Source: an uncultured Thermoleophilia bacterium (GTDB lineage Bacteria; Actinomycetota; Thermoleophilia; UBA2241). From it: a DNA stretch of 64,000 nt. Each line of letters starts with the position of its first letter. Within the stretch, counting starts at the first letter, position 1. Positions 1 to 9,417 of the stretch are shown here, in pieces. The notes below the pieces were generated by a model. It saw only the letters and a list, made by a program, of their open reading frames with translations. It was not told the DNA's origin and did not search any database. Location of the stretch: assembly GCA_963715985.1 (NCBI GenBank), contig CAVQSP010000013.1, forward strand, positions 32,001 to 96,000, in the 5' to 3' direction. The position numbers and the translations under genes are program-made.

Positions 1-1
1 C

Positions 2-1120
2 TTCTACCCGGCCGGCCTTCGGGGGCGGGCTGGGGCCGCGCGGCGCCGGGACGCGGCCCTCTTCCGCGCGGCCCCGCCGGTCGACCTCACGCTGGGCTTC
101 GCGGCCGGCAACGTGCCCGGGACGGCGCTGATCATGGCTCTCATGGGCAGCCTGGCCGGTCACGCGGCCGGCGGTACTGCGCGGGCCCCTGCTGTGCTGG
201 TGCGCAACAGCCGGCACGAGCCGCTCTTCACGCCCTGGGTGCTCTCAGCCGTGGAGCGCGTGGACCCCGATCTCGTGGCGGCCGTCGCGGTGATGGTCTG
301 GGACTTCGGCGATGCGTCGCTGCAGCGACTCCTCCTGCGCGCCGCGGGCCTCATGATGGCGGCGGCCGACGACGGCACCATCGCTGCCCTCGAGGAGCGG
401 CGCAGGCGCGAGGCGCCACGGCTCCGCTTCCACCGCCACGGGCACAAGGTGAGTTTCGCGACGCTCGGCGCCGACTGGGTCTCGCGGGCCGAGGCCCCTC
501 GCCTGGCGGCGCTCGATTCCTGCTTCTGGGACCAGAACGGCTGTCTGTCGGCGCGGGTGCACTTCGTGGAGGGGGACGCCGCCTCCTACGCGGAGGCGCT
601 CGCCGGGGAGATGCGGGGCTTGAGCGACGACCTGCCGCGCGGCACGACCCCGCGGCGCTGGGCTCATCGGGCGTTCGACACGTACGCCGCGCTGGCCGCT
701 GGAGGAGACGTGCGCCTCTTCTCCACCTACGGCGACGACTTCGTCGTCGCCCTCGACGGGCGCGCCTGGCGTCCCGACCTGCTGCACCGCGCCGTCAACG
801 CCTGTCAAGGACGGGTCGTCGTGGTGCGGCCGGTCCGGGACGTGATGGACGTGCCGCATCTTCTGCACGCCCTGCCGCCCGCCAACCTGCAGTCGATGAG
901 CCTGCTGCTCGACGAGCCGCGTGTCGAGCCCTTCGCCCAGGCGGTCGGCTCCTGCGGCGTGACGGCCCTGCGCGGCCTGGGGCGCGGCGCGTTCCCCCAG
1001 CTCGCCTGGTCATGGGACGGCCTGCTCCCGGCGGATGCGTGCTGCGTGCGTCCTCCGGGGTACTTCACCACCATCGAGCCTCATCGTCCGGCAAGCCAGT
1101 CACCTGGGGGTAGGGAATGA
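2..1120 (+). CDS. Acyl-CoA reductase (LuxC-like), 5' truncated by window edge
   Basis: Frame open from base 2 (GFAAGNVPG motif); also FHRHGHKVSF and DSCFWDQNGCLS with the catalytic-type Cys, as in LuxC/acyl-CoA reductases. Confidence 0.7.
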   Translation, partial: FYPAGLRGRAGAARRRDAALFRAAPPVDLTLGFAAGNVPGTALIMALMGSLAGHAAGGTARAPAVLVRNSRHEPLFTPWVLSAVERVDPDLVAAVAVMVWDFGDASLQRLLLRAAGLMMAAADDGTIAALEERRRREAPRLRFHRHGHKVSFATLGADWVSRAEAPRLAALDSCFWDQNGCLSARVHFVEGDAASYAEALAGEMRGLSDDLPRGTTPRRWAHRAFDTYAALAAGGDVRLFSTYGDDFVVALDGRAWRPDLLHRAVNACQGRVVVVRPVRDVMDVPHLLHALPPANLQSMSLLLDEPRVEPFAQAVGSCGVTALRGLGRGAFPQLAWSWDGLLPADACCVRPPGYFTTIEPHRPASQSPGGRE

Positions 1121-1608
1121 GACGCATACACGTAGACGCGATCGGCCTGGCCTGTGTGGTGATGCTGGCAGTCCTCCTGTCGGCGCTCGCAGGCTGCGGC
1201 TCGGGGAGCTCGTCCTCCGGGTCGCCGGCCGGCACGCCGGCCGCATCCGCGTCTCCATCGGCGGCGTACTCCGGCGCCCCGATATCCGAGGCCGAGGCAC
1301 AGGCCGTGCGCGACAGGGCGCTCGGCTACTGGGCCGCGTACAACGCCTACGACGCGGACAAGGCCATCGCGTACCTCGCCGACACCATCAAGTCCGCCAA
1401 GGCGGAGGTGATCCGCAGCGAGGTGGGCCGCATCAAGACCTTCGGCGTCCAGCTCGGGGTGAGCCAGAAGACGCCGCCCGAGCTCATCGGCCAGGACCAG
1501 GCGCAGATGTATCTGAAGATGAAGACGCCCACGGGGATGCGCACGGTGCTGATGAAGTTCGCCAAGCAGGGCGGCGTCTGGATGGTGACGTACTCCGAAG
1601 AGATCTAG
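1117..1608 (+). CDS. Lipoprotein of unknown function
   Basis: Lipobox LAGC, Ser/Ala linker, ATGA overlap with upstream stop, GGGA RBS. Confidence 0.75.
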   Translation: MRRIHVDAIGLACVVMLAVLLSALAGCGSGSSSSGSPAGTPAASASPSAAYSGAPISEAEAQAVRDRALGYWAAYNAYDADKAIAYLADTIKSAKAEVIRSEVGRIKTFGVQLGVSQKTPPELIGQDQAQMYLKMKTPTGMRTVLMKFAKQGGVWMVTYSEEI

Positions 1609-1649
1609 GAGCGCGGCACAGACAGGCGCGGTCCTCGGGCCCCCTCCGG

Positions 1650-2699
1650 CTACGCCGCGCCGCGCCGCAGCACCACCCGCACCAGTACGCAGGCCAGGGC
1701 CGCCGCGACGGCGGCGATGAGCACGCTCCACGCCCAGCCGCGGAGGCTCGTCGTCATCACGTCGAAGACGGCGGCGGAAGCAGCCTTCGGGATGTGCGAC
1801 TTCGCGGCGGCGTCCAGGTAGCGTGCCCGCGCCGCCCACAGCCCGACCTGGAGCCCGGCCATGGCCAGCGCCAGCCCAGCACCCACGTAGACCCCCGCCC
1901 GCAGGCGGTCGCGCGCCGCCACCACGCCGGCGGCGAAGGCGGCCACGGCCACGAGCACCAGCGCCAGATAGGCGCGGTCGAGGGCGAGGATGACCCGGCC
2001 GGCCTGGGCCAGCGGCAGCGAGTCGAGCAGCGGCACCTTGCCCGTGCGGAGGGCCTCCGGCAAGGGGTCGGGCAGCGAAACGCCGGCGCCCGCCAGCAGG
2101 TCGGTGATGGCGGTCGTGACCGCCGAGAGGTCCAGGCCGACCGGAGCGGTGTCTTTGCCGTGGCCGCTCTTGCTCTCGATGGCGTCGATGAGCAGCGGGT
2201 GGACTCGCCGGTTGGCCTCGGCCCAGAACCCGGCGAACGCCTCGCTCGCAAGCGCCTGCTTCGTGAACTTGCGCGTCAGGTCCTCGAGCGGGAGGACGTC
2301 GCCGAGCTCGCCGGCGATGGAGCCGAGCTCCTCGGGGAGCGGCGACACGGAGCTCCCCGCCGCCTTCAGGCCCTTGGCGATCTGCGCGGCCAGCACGTCG
2401 GCGATGGCGTCCTGCACGGCGGGTTCGCGAGCCACCGGCGCGATCGTCGCCACGTAGCCGTCCACATCCATGAGGTCGGTGTGCACGTAGAAGCCGGCCA
2501 GCGCCAGGGGCGCGGCGATACAGCCGACGACGATGAGGGCGATGGAGAGCGGGCGCCGCCAGCCGGCTGTGCGTCGTGACGGCGCCCCGCCGACGTCCGG
2601 CGCTCTGGCGCCGGCCCACGGGGGCGCCGGGGGCACCGGGTCGTAGGAGCCGGAGCGGCCGTAAGGATCCTGCGCCGGCCCCGCGCCCGCCGCCACCAC
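1650..2699 (-). CDS. Integral membrane protein (N-terminal anchor, extracytoplasmic domain, 3 C-terminal TM helices)
   Basis: Hydrophobic segments; GTG at 2699 after AGAGGGG is the likely start. Confidence 0.65.
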   Translation of the reverse strand: MVAAGAGPAQDPYGRSGSYDPVPPAPPWAGARAPDVGGAPSRRTAGWRRPLSIALIVVGCIAAPLALAGFYVHTDLMDVDGYVATIAPVAREPAVQDAIADVLAAQIAKGLKAAGSSVSPLPEELGSIAGELGDVLPLEDLTRKFTKQALASEAFAGFWAEANRRVHPLLIDAIESKSGHGKDTAPVGLDLSAVTTAITDLLAGAGVSLPDPLPEALRTGKVPLLDSLPLAQAGRVILALDRAYLALVLVAVAAFAAGVVAARDRLRAGVYVGAGLALAMAGLQVGLWAARARYLDAAAKSHIPKAASAAVFDVMTTSLRGWAWSVLIAAVAAALACVLVRVVLRRGAA

Positions 2700-2751
2700 A
2701 CCGTGACCCCTCTGCCCGTCCGTTCCCACGCTGCCTCCCGGGACGACGCTT

Positions 2752-5640
2752 GTGGTGTTTATCGTACTCGCCTTGTTGACACTAGTGATGCAGCGAGTCA
2801 CTGTGCGGGCAACGCATGAGGCGCCGACCACTGCGGGGGGTGGGCTGGTGTTCGGGTCCTTCACCATCGAGAGCCTCGACAAGACCGAGGAGTACCCGGT
2901 CGCTCAGGCTCGTATCGACGTCGGCCGCGGCGCCGACAACGACCTCACGCTGCCCTTCCCCACCGTCTCCACCCACCACGCGCGTCTGCTCGCCGACTCG
3001 TCGGGCTGCCGCATCCTCGACCTGGGCAGCGCCAACGGCACCTTCGTGAACGGCGACGAGTTGCCGGTCAAGGAGGAACGGGCGCTGCGCGAGGGCGACG
3101 TGGTGCAGATCGGACCCTTCACGCTCCGCTATCACGCGGTGACCGGCCCCGCGGGCGCCGCCGGGCCGACGCTCAGGCCCGGCCACACCGTCGTCCTCCC
3201 GCACGGCCTGCCGCCGCGCCTGACCGTGCGCACGCCGGACGGCTCGCGAGAGTTCCCGCTGGAGAAGGCCACGCTCACCCTGGGGCGCGACCCCGACAAC
3301 GACATCGTCGTGCCGGCGGAGGCGGTGTCGCGTCACCACGCGGCGCTCGAGCGCCGCGCAGGCGGCTTCGTCATCAAGGACCTGGGCAGCACCAACGGCC
3401 TCAGCGTCGACGGCCGCCTCGTACAGGAGAGGCAGCTCGAGCCCGGCGACAGCGTGGCGATCGGCAAGAGCGTCACGCTGACCTTCGTGGCGGGGGAGGA
3501 TTACGCCGCCGAGCTGCTGGGCGCGGCCGCCGGCCCGCCGGCGCCGGCGGTCCTGGATGTGCCCGAGGGCCAGGCGGTGAGCCTGGGTCGCGGCGCCGAG
3601 ACGAGCGTGCACCTCGTCCACCCGCAGGTGTCCGCGCTGCACGCCCAGGTGCGGCGCCGCGAGGGCCAGTACGTCATCCAGGACATGGGCAGCAGCGCCG
3701 GCACTTTCGTCAACGGCCAGCAGGTCGGCGAGCGGGAGCTGCACGAGGGCGACGTCGTCCGCATCGGGCCCAACCAGCTGGTCCTCAAGGACGGTCGCCT
3801 GCAGCTGATGAGCGAAGAAGGCCGCCTGCGCCTGGACGCCTTCCACCTCGGCAAGACGGTCGGCAAGGAGAAGAAGAAGATCCTGCGCGACGTCTCGCTC
3901 TCCATCAAGCCGCAGGAGTTCATCGCCGTGGTGGGCGGCAGCGGCGCCGGCAAGTCGACGCTGGTCACGGCCCTGTGCGGCTTCAAGCCGGCCACAGAGG
4001 GCGCGGTGCTGCTCAACAGCGTCGACCTGTACCGTAACTTCGACGCCTACCGCAACGAGATGGGCTACGTGCCGCAGGACGACATCATCCACGTCGACCT
4101 CACGGTCTACAAGGCCTTGGACTACGCGGCCCAGCTGCGCATGCCCGCCGACACCACGGCGACGGAGCGAGAGCAGCGCGTGCGCGAGGTCATCGACGAG
4201 CTCGACCTCAAGAGCGCCGCCGACACCACGATCCGCCAGCTCAGCGGCGGTCAGCGCAAGCGGGCCTCCATCGGCGTGGAGCTGCTCACGCGGCCGAGCC
4301 TCTTCTTCCTCGACGAGGCCACGTCGGGTCTGGATCCGGCCACCGAGAGCCAGATGATGAAGCTGCTGCGCAAGCTCGCCGACCAGGGGCGCACCATCGT
4401 CCTCATCACGCACGCCACCAAGAACGTGATGGTGTGCGACAAGGTGTGCTTCCTCGTGCGCGGCGGCCTGCTCGCCTTCTACGGGCCTCCCGAGGAAGCG
4501 CTGGGCTACTTCGGCGTCCAGGACTTCGACGAGATCTACGAGAAGCTCGAGAGCGGCGGCACCCCGGAGGAATGGGCGCAGCGATATCTCGCCTCGCCGC
4601 AGATCCAGGAGTACGTGGTGAAGCCGCTCACCGAGGTCGCCCAGTCGTGGACCGGCGGCAACGGCGGCGGCAACGGCGCCGGCGCCGGCCGCGGGACCCC
4701 GGCTCCCGGCGTGGCGGCCCCGGGCGGCTCCGCGGCGTCCGGCGCCAAGGTGGGCAGCACGTCCGGCTGGAGCCAGTTCCGCATCCTCTCCAGCCGGTAC
4801 CTGCACATCATCATGCGAGACAAGAAGACCCTGATCCTGCTGCTGGCGATCGCGCCGGTGCTGTCGGCGATGGACTTCGTCACCTGGAAGCGCGATCTGT
4901 TCGACCCCGTGACCGGCAGCGCCACCAAGGTGGTCACCATGCTGTTCATGGCCTGCCTGGTCGGCGTTCTCGTCGGGACCATCACCTCGGTGCGCGAGAT
5001 CGTCAAGGAGGACGCCATCTATCGCCGCGAGCGCATGGTGTGCGTCAAGGTCTTCCCCTATGTGGCCTCCAAGATCGCCGTGGGGTCTATCTTCGCTCTC
5101 TACAGCGCCTTCATCCTCTTCCTCTCCAAGGTCCTCGCCGTGGACTTCAGCCACCTGAGCCCCGCGGGGTACGCGGCGCTGCTCTTCACCTTCATCCTGT
5201 GCACGTTCGCGGGTCTGATGTGGGGGCTGCTGGTGTCCGCGGTGGCGCCGACTGAGGACAGGGCCATGTTGCTGGTCATCCTCGTGCTGGTGCCTCAGTT
5301 CATCTTCTCTGGCGGCATGCTGCCCGTCGCCGACCTGGGTGTCGCGGGCAAGTTCATCGGGGTGCTCACGTCGACGCGCTGGGGCCTCGGCGCAATGGCG
5401 ACCGTGGCCGAGATCAAGACCGGGGCGGGCAAGGCGGCGGACGTGTCGGACGTCAGCCTGCCGGGCATCAAGGGTCTCGAGACGGTGGGCGAGAAGGTGG
5501 CCATGGTGAGGAATCTCGACAGCCAGTACGGCGCCATCTTCCACGTCAACGTGGGCTTCTACTGGCTCATGTCACTGGTGCTCATCGTCGGCCTGGCGGG
5601 CATCATCTACGTACTGCAGAAGCGCAAGGACACGCTCTGA
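2752..5640 (+). CDS. Triple-FHA-domain ABC transporter (ATPase + ABC-2 permease; Rv1747-like architecture)
   Basis: Three FHA signatures (GR...VSxxHA...DLGSxNG/DMGSSAG), Walker A GGSGAGKST, LSGGQ, FFLDE, TM domain; exact start uncertain. Confidence 0.9.
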   Translation: MVFIVLALLTLVMQRVTVRATHEAPTTAGGGLVFGSFTIESLDKTEEYPVAQARIDVGRGADNDLTLPFPTVSTHHARLLADSSGCRILDLGSANGTFVNGDELPVKEERALREGDVVQIGPFTLRYHAVTGPAGAAGPTLRPGHTVVLPHGLPPRLTVRTPDGSREFPLEKATLTLGRDPDNDIVVPAEAVSRHHAALERRAGGFVIKDLGSTNGLSVDGRLVQERQLEPGDSVAIGKSVTLTFVAGEDYAAELLGAAAGPPAPAVLDVPEGQAVSLGRGAETSVHLVHPQVSALHAQVRRREGQYVIQDMGSSAGTFVNGQQVGERELHEGDVVRIGPNQLVLKDGRLQLMSEEGRLRLDAFHLGKTVGKEKKKILRDVSLSIKPQEFIAVVGGSGAGKSTLVTALCGFKPATEGAVLLNSVDLYRNFDAYRNEMGYVPQDDIIHVDLTVYKALDYAAQLRMPADTTATEREQRVREVIDELDLKSAADTTIRQLSGGQRKRASIGVELLTRPSLFFLDEATSGLDPATESQMMKLLRKLADQGRTIVLITHATKNVMVCDKVCFLVRGGLLAFYGPPEEALGYFGVQDFDEIYEKLESGGTPEEWAQRYLASPQIQEYVVKPLTEVAQSWTGGNGGGNGAGAGRGTPAPGVAAPGGSAASGAKVGSTSGWSQFRILSSRYLHIIMRDKKTLILLLAIAPVLSAMDFVTWKRDLFDPVTGSATKVVTMLFMACLVGVLVGTITSVREIVKEDAIYRRERMVCVKVFPYVASKIAVGSIFALYSAFILFLSKVLAVDFSHLSPAGYAALLFTFILCTFAGLMWGLLVSAVAPTEDRAMLLVILVLVPQFIFSGGMLPVADLGVAGKFIGVLTSTRWGLGAMATVAEIKTGAGKAADVSDVSLPGIKGLETVGEKVAMVRNLDSQYGAIFHVNVGFYWLMSLVLIVGLAGIIYVLQKRKDTL

Positions 5641-5738
5641 CACGCCCTTGTCTTTCCTCACCCGTGCGAGACAATGGGGCTCAGGAGGGGGCACGGACGT
5701 GACCACCGGCGGCCGTCCGTAGCCGGAAGGGACGAGGG

Positions 5739-8132
5739 GTGGATCGCGAAGACGAACTCATCGGTCGTTCTCTGGGGCGCTACAAGATCACCGCCCTGGT
5801 GGGCAAGGGCGGCATGGCCACCGTGTACAAGGCCACCCACCCCGGGCTGGGGCAGACCGTGGCCATCAAGGTCATGCACCCGCATATGGCCACCGACCCC
5901 GACATGCTGGGGCGCTTCCACAACGAGGCGCAGGCCGTCGCCAACCTCCGCCACCCCAACATCGTGCGCGTGCTCGACTTCGACGTGGTCGATGACCAGT
6001 ACTTCATGGTCATGGAGTACGTCGACGGCCCCACCCTCGCGGCTCAGCTCGGCGGCCTCGCGGGACAGGGGCGGCGCATGCCGCCCGATGAGGTCATCCG
6101 CATCTTCGACCCGCTGTGCTCCGCCGTGGACTATGCCCACAAGCAGGGCATGATCCACCGCGACATCAAGCCGTCCAACGTCCTCATGACGCCCCAGGGC
6201 GACCCGGTCCTCACCGACTACGGCATCGCCAAGATGGTCGGCGTCACCCAGCACACCGCCACCGGCACGGTGATGGGTTCCGCCTACTACATGTCGCCTG
6301 AGCAGGCGCAGGGCAGCGGCATGGACGGCCGCACGGACATCTACTCGCTCGGCGTCATGCTCTTCGAGATGCTCACGGGCCGCGTGCCGTACGACGGCGA
6401 CACGCTGGCCACGGTGCTGGTCAAGCACATCACTTCGCCGGTGCCGGCGGTGCGCTCCTTCAACGCCGATCTGCCGCCGCTGCTGGACGACGTGATGAAC
6501 GTGGCGCTGGCCAAAGACCCGGGGCAGCGCTTCCAGACGGGGCAGGCCCTGGCCGTCGCCCTGCGCCAGGGCCTCTCGCCTTCTGCGGGGGCCGCGGCCG
6601 GCGAGACGCGGCTGGAGCGCGGGCCCGGCGCTGCGCCCGTGCACGCGTACACACGCGTGGAGCCGGCGGCGCCCGGCGTGACCGGAGATCATGCTGCGGC
6701 GCGAACGGCCCAGCGCGACGTGTTCGTCAGCTATGCGGAACGCGACAAGGCCGCGGCCGACGCCGTGGTCACGCGGCTCGAGGCTGAGCGCTTCAGCTGC
6801 TGGATCGCGCCGCGCGACGTGCTGCCCGGGCGGAGCTTCGCGCAGTCCCTGGGCAGCGCCATCCACGCGGCGCGTGTCTTCGTGCTCGTCTTCTCCGAGG
6901 CCACCAACCAGTCGCACCAGGTCGAACGTGAGCTGGACATGGCCATCTCCTCCGGCCTGCCCATCATCCCACTGCGCGTCGAGGCCGTACGGCCGCGCGA
7001 GTCCATCGAGTACTACCTCGCCGGCCAGCACTGGCTGGACGCCTACACGCCCCCGCTCGACCAGCATCTGGGGCGTCTCGCCGAGGCGGTCTCGACGATC
7101 CTGCTGCAGGCGCCCGCGCCTGCCGCCGCGCACGATTCCACGGCCTACGAGGCGCCTGTCGCTGCGGCGCCCGTGGCAGCGGCGGCAGTGGCGGAGGCCA
7201 CCACCCTGGAGCCCTCACCCGTCGAGCCCGCGCCGGAGCCTGCGGCAGCCCCCGCCGCCACGACCCTCGAGCCGGCGGCGGACGCCGCCGCCGCCGTTGC
7301 AGTGGCCGCTGGGGCCGCCGCGGCCACGTCGTTCGAGCCGCCGCCCGCGACAGCCGAGGTGGTCGAGGTCGAGCCGGTCGCGGAGGCCGAAGCGGTCGCG
7401 GAGCCCGAACCGGTCGCCGAGGCCGAGCCGGTCGAAGAACCGGCACCGGAGCCGGAGGCAGAGGCCGCGCCCGCGGTCGAACCGGAGCTTGTCGCCGAGC
7501 CCGGGGCAGAGCCGATCGTCGAGACCGAGCCGGAACCGGCCGCGGAGTCTACGCCAGAAGTCATCGCGGCCGAACCGGTACCACTTGTCGTGCCCGAGCC
7601 GGCTCCGGTGGTCCCGGAGCCTGAGCCCGAGCCAGTCGCCGAGGAGCCCGAACCCGCCGCAGCTGAGCCGGAGCCGGAGCCGGCTGTCTCCGAGCCCGGA
7701 CCGGAGCTCGCCGCGGAGGTTGCGGCGGCCGCGGTGGTGGCGGAAGTCGTGACGTCCGAGGCCCCGGCGGCGACCACCTACGAGGTCCCGGAGCCTGAGC
7801 CCGCAGCAGCGGCAGCCACGGCCTTTGAGGCGGCCGAGGCGCCCGCCGCCGCGGCGACCACCTACGAGACTCCCGAACCTGCTGCAGCGGCGCCCACGAC
7901 CTACGAGAGGCCGGCGGCGGCTGCGACCGCCTACGAGGCGGCGGCGTCGGCAGGGGTCGCCGCCGCCGGGATGCCGGTGCAGCCCGTCGCGGTGCCCACC
8001 CCCGACACGCGCGCCAGAGCCGCCGCGGAGTTCCCCAAGCCGGCGTTCCACCGGCGCGCCATGGTCCTCGCCGGCGTGGTGGGGGTCGCCTGGATCGTGA
8101 TCCTGTTCGTGCTCGACCGGCTCGTCCTCTGA
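5739..8132 (+). CDS. Hanks-type Ser/Thr kinase fused to a TIR domain, Pro/Glu/Ala-rich stalk and C-terminal TM helix
   Basis: GKGGMATVY, VAIK, HRDIKPSN, DYG, YMSPEQ; TIR motifs DVFVSYA...CWIAPRD...VERELDMA...PIIP. Confidence 0.9.
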   Translation: MDREDELIGRSLGRYKITALVGKGGMATVYKATHPGLGQTVAIKVMHPHMATDPDMLGRFHNEAQAVANLRHPNIVRVLDFDVVDDQYFMVMEYVDGPTLAAQLGGLAGQGRRMPPDEVIRIFDPLCSAVDYAHKQGMIHRDIKPSNVLMTPQGDPVLTDYGIAKMVGVTQHTATGTVMGSAYYMSPEQAQGSGMDGRTDIYSLGVMLFEMLTGRVPYDGDTLATVLVKHITSPVPAVRSFNADLPPLLDDVMNVALAKDPGQRFQTGQALAVALRQGLSPSAGAAAGETRLERGPGAAPVHAYTRVEPAAPGVTGDHAAARTAQRDVFVSYAERDKAAADAVVTRLEAERFSCWIAPRDVLPGRSFAQSLGSAIHAARVFVLVFSEATNQSHQVERELDMAISSGLPIIPLRVEAVRPRESIEYYLAGQHWLDAYTPPLDQHLGRLAEAVSTILLQAPAPAAAHDSTAYEAPVAAAPVAAAAVAEATTLEPSPVEPAPEPAAAPAATTLEPAADAAAAVAVAAGAAAATSFEPPPATAEVVEVEPVAEAEAVAEPEPVAEAEPVEEPAPEPEAEAAPAVEPELVAEPGAEPIVETEPEPAAESTPEVIAAEPVPLVVPEPAPVVPEPEPEPVAEEPEPAAAEPEPEPAVSEPGPELAAEVAAAAVVAEVVTSEAPAATTYEVPEPEPAAAAATAFEAAEAPAAAATTYETPEPAAAAPTTYERPAAAATAYEAAASAGVAAAGMPVQPVAVPTPDTRARAAAEFPKPAFHRRAMVLAGVVGVAWIVILFVLDRLVL

Positions 8133-8156
8133 GCGCCGACCGACTCGCCCCCTGAC

Positions 8157-9416
8157 TCAGGCGGTCCTCGCGGCGCTGCGGCCCAGGGATGGGGCAGCCC
8201 AGGTCACCACTACGACCACGACGTCGATGCCCAGCGTAGCGAGCACATACGTGGTGTTGTCGAGGTTCCCGAAGTACGTCAGGGCGAAGACCGCGGCAGT
8301 GGCGATGCCCACCACTGTGCCGAGGGCGGCCATCGGCAGCGCCAACGGGCCTCGCGGACGCACCGCGGCGGCGCGCATGACGGCGTAGGTCTGGACCGCG
8401 AAGAGCAGGCCGCCTCCGATGAGCACCAGCCAGGAGAGCCAGCCCGTCTCACCGCCGCCACCGCCTCCTCCTCCGCCTCCGCCGCCCATGTCCTGCACGC
8501 GCGTGAGGTTGACGGCGGCGGCCTTGGCCAGTTGGGGGTCGTCCGCCGTCTTCTCGAGGTCCGCTAGGGTCGCCTTCGCGGCCCCAGTGTCGCCCTGCTC
8601 CGCGGAGACGAGTGCGAGCCCCATCTCCGCGTAGTCGTTCTTCACCTGTTCCTTGGATGCGGTGAAGTCGGCCTTGGCGCCCGTCACGTCCCCGTCATCG
8701 AGCTTGACCATGCCGCGCTGGTAGTACGCGGCGGCGAGATTCGTGGCGATGGCGTCGGCGAGATCCTGGTCGGGCTCCTGGCCCGCCGCCTTCTCAAAGG
8801 AGGCGATGCCCTGGTCGTAGTCGCCCTGTGCGCACTGTACACAGCCCAGCGCGACGTCGGTCCCCGCGCCGGGCATCACGGTGAGCGACTTCTCGAAGTC
8901 GGTCTGCGCCTTGGCGTACTCGCCGGCGTCCGCCTCGATGAGGCCGAGGTTGAGGTAGGCGGCGGATTCAACGATCTTGCCGTTGGGCGTCGGTGGTGAG
9001 TCGGTGGCCTTCTGCGTGGGGTCGCGGCCTGTAGCGGGCTCGCCGCTGACGATGTAGCCGGCGCCGATGTTGAGGTCGGCGCCGCGATACTTGGCGTTGA
9101 GGCGCAGCACCTTCTTCAGCAGGGGCTGGGCCTTGTCGAACTGCCCGCTCTCGATGTAGCAGACGGCGAGGTTGTTGAGGGCGTCGGTGTCGGCGGGCTC
9201 GAGCTTGACGGCCTCCTTGAAGAAGGCCGTCGCCTTGACGAGGTCGCCGGCGGCGAGCGCCTCGCAGCCCTTGTTGTACGGGTGAGACGTGGCAGCGGCG
9301 GCCGGGCCCGACAGCGCGATGCACGTCACCGCCGCAAGCAGCGCGAGCACGAGCGCGACAACGGCCACGCGGGTCGCTGCACGATGGGGAAGACCGGCTG
9401 GAAGCAGCGCGCTCAC
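8157..9416 (-). CDS. Tetratricopeptide-repeat protein with signal peptide, Gly12 linker and 3 C-terminal TM helices
   Basis: TPR units (DALNNLAVCY, AYLNLGLI, NLAAAYYQRG); GTG at 9416 immediately follows the upstream TGA. Confidence 0.8.
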   Translation of the reverse strand: MSALLPAGLPHRAATRVAVVALVLALLAAVTCIALSGPAAAATSHPYNKGCEALAAGDLVKATAFFKEAVKLEPADTDALNNLAVCYIESGQFDKAQPLLKKVLRLNAKYRGADLNIGAGYIVSGEPATGRDPTQKATDSPPTPNGKIVESAAYLNLGLIEADAGEYAKAQTDFEKSLTVMPGAGTDVALGCVQCAQGDYDQGIASFEKAAGQEPDQDLADAIATNLAAAYYQRGMVKLDDGDVTGAKADFTASKEQVKNDYAEMGLALVSAEQGDTGAAKATLADLEKTADDPQLAKAAAVNLTRVQDMGGGGGGGGGGGGETGWLSWLVLIGGGLLFAVQTYAVMRAAAVRPRGPLALPMAALGTVVGIATAAVFALTYFGNLDNTTYVLATLGIDVVVVVVTWAAPSLGRSAARTA

Positions 9417-9417
9417 G

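Noticed and set aside
7140-7950. GAGCCG-rich repeats as a CRISPR array or tandem repeat element
   Set aside because: They encode the Glu-Pro/Ala stalk of the kinase; no fixed repeat-spacer period and no cas genes.
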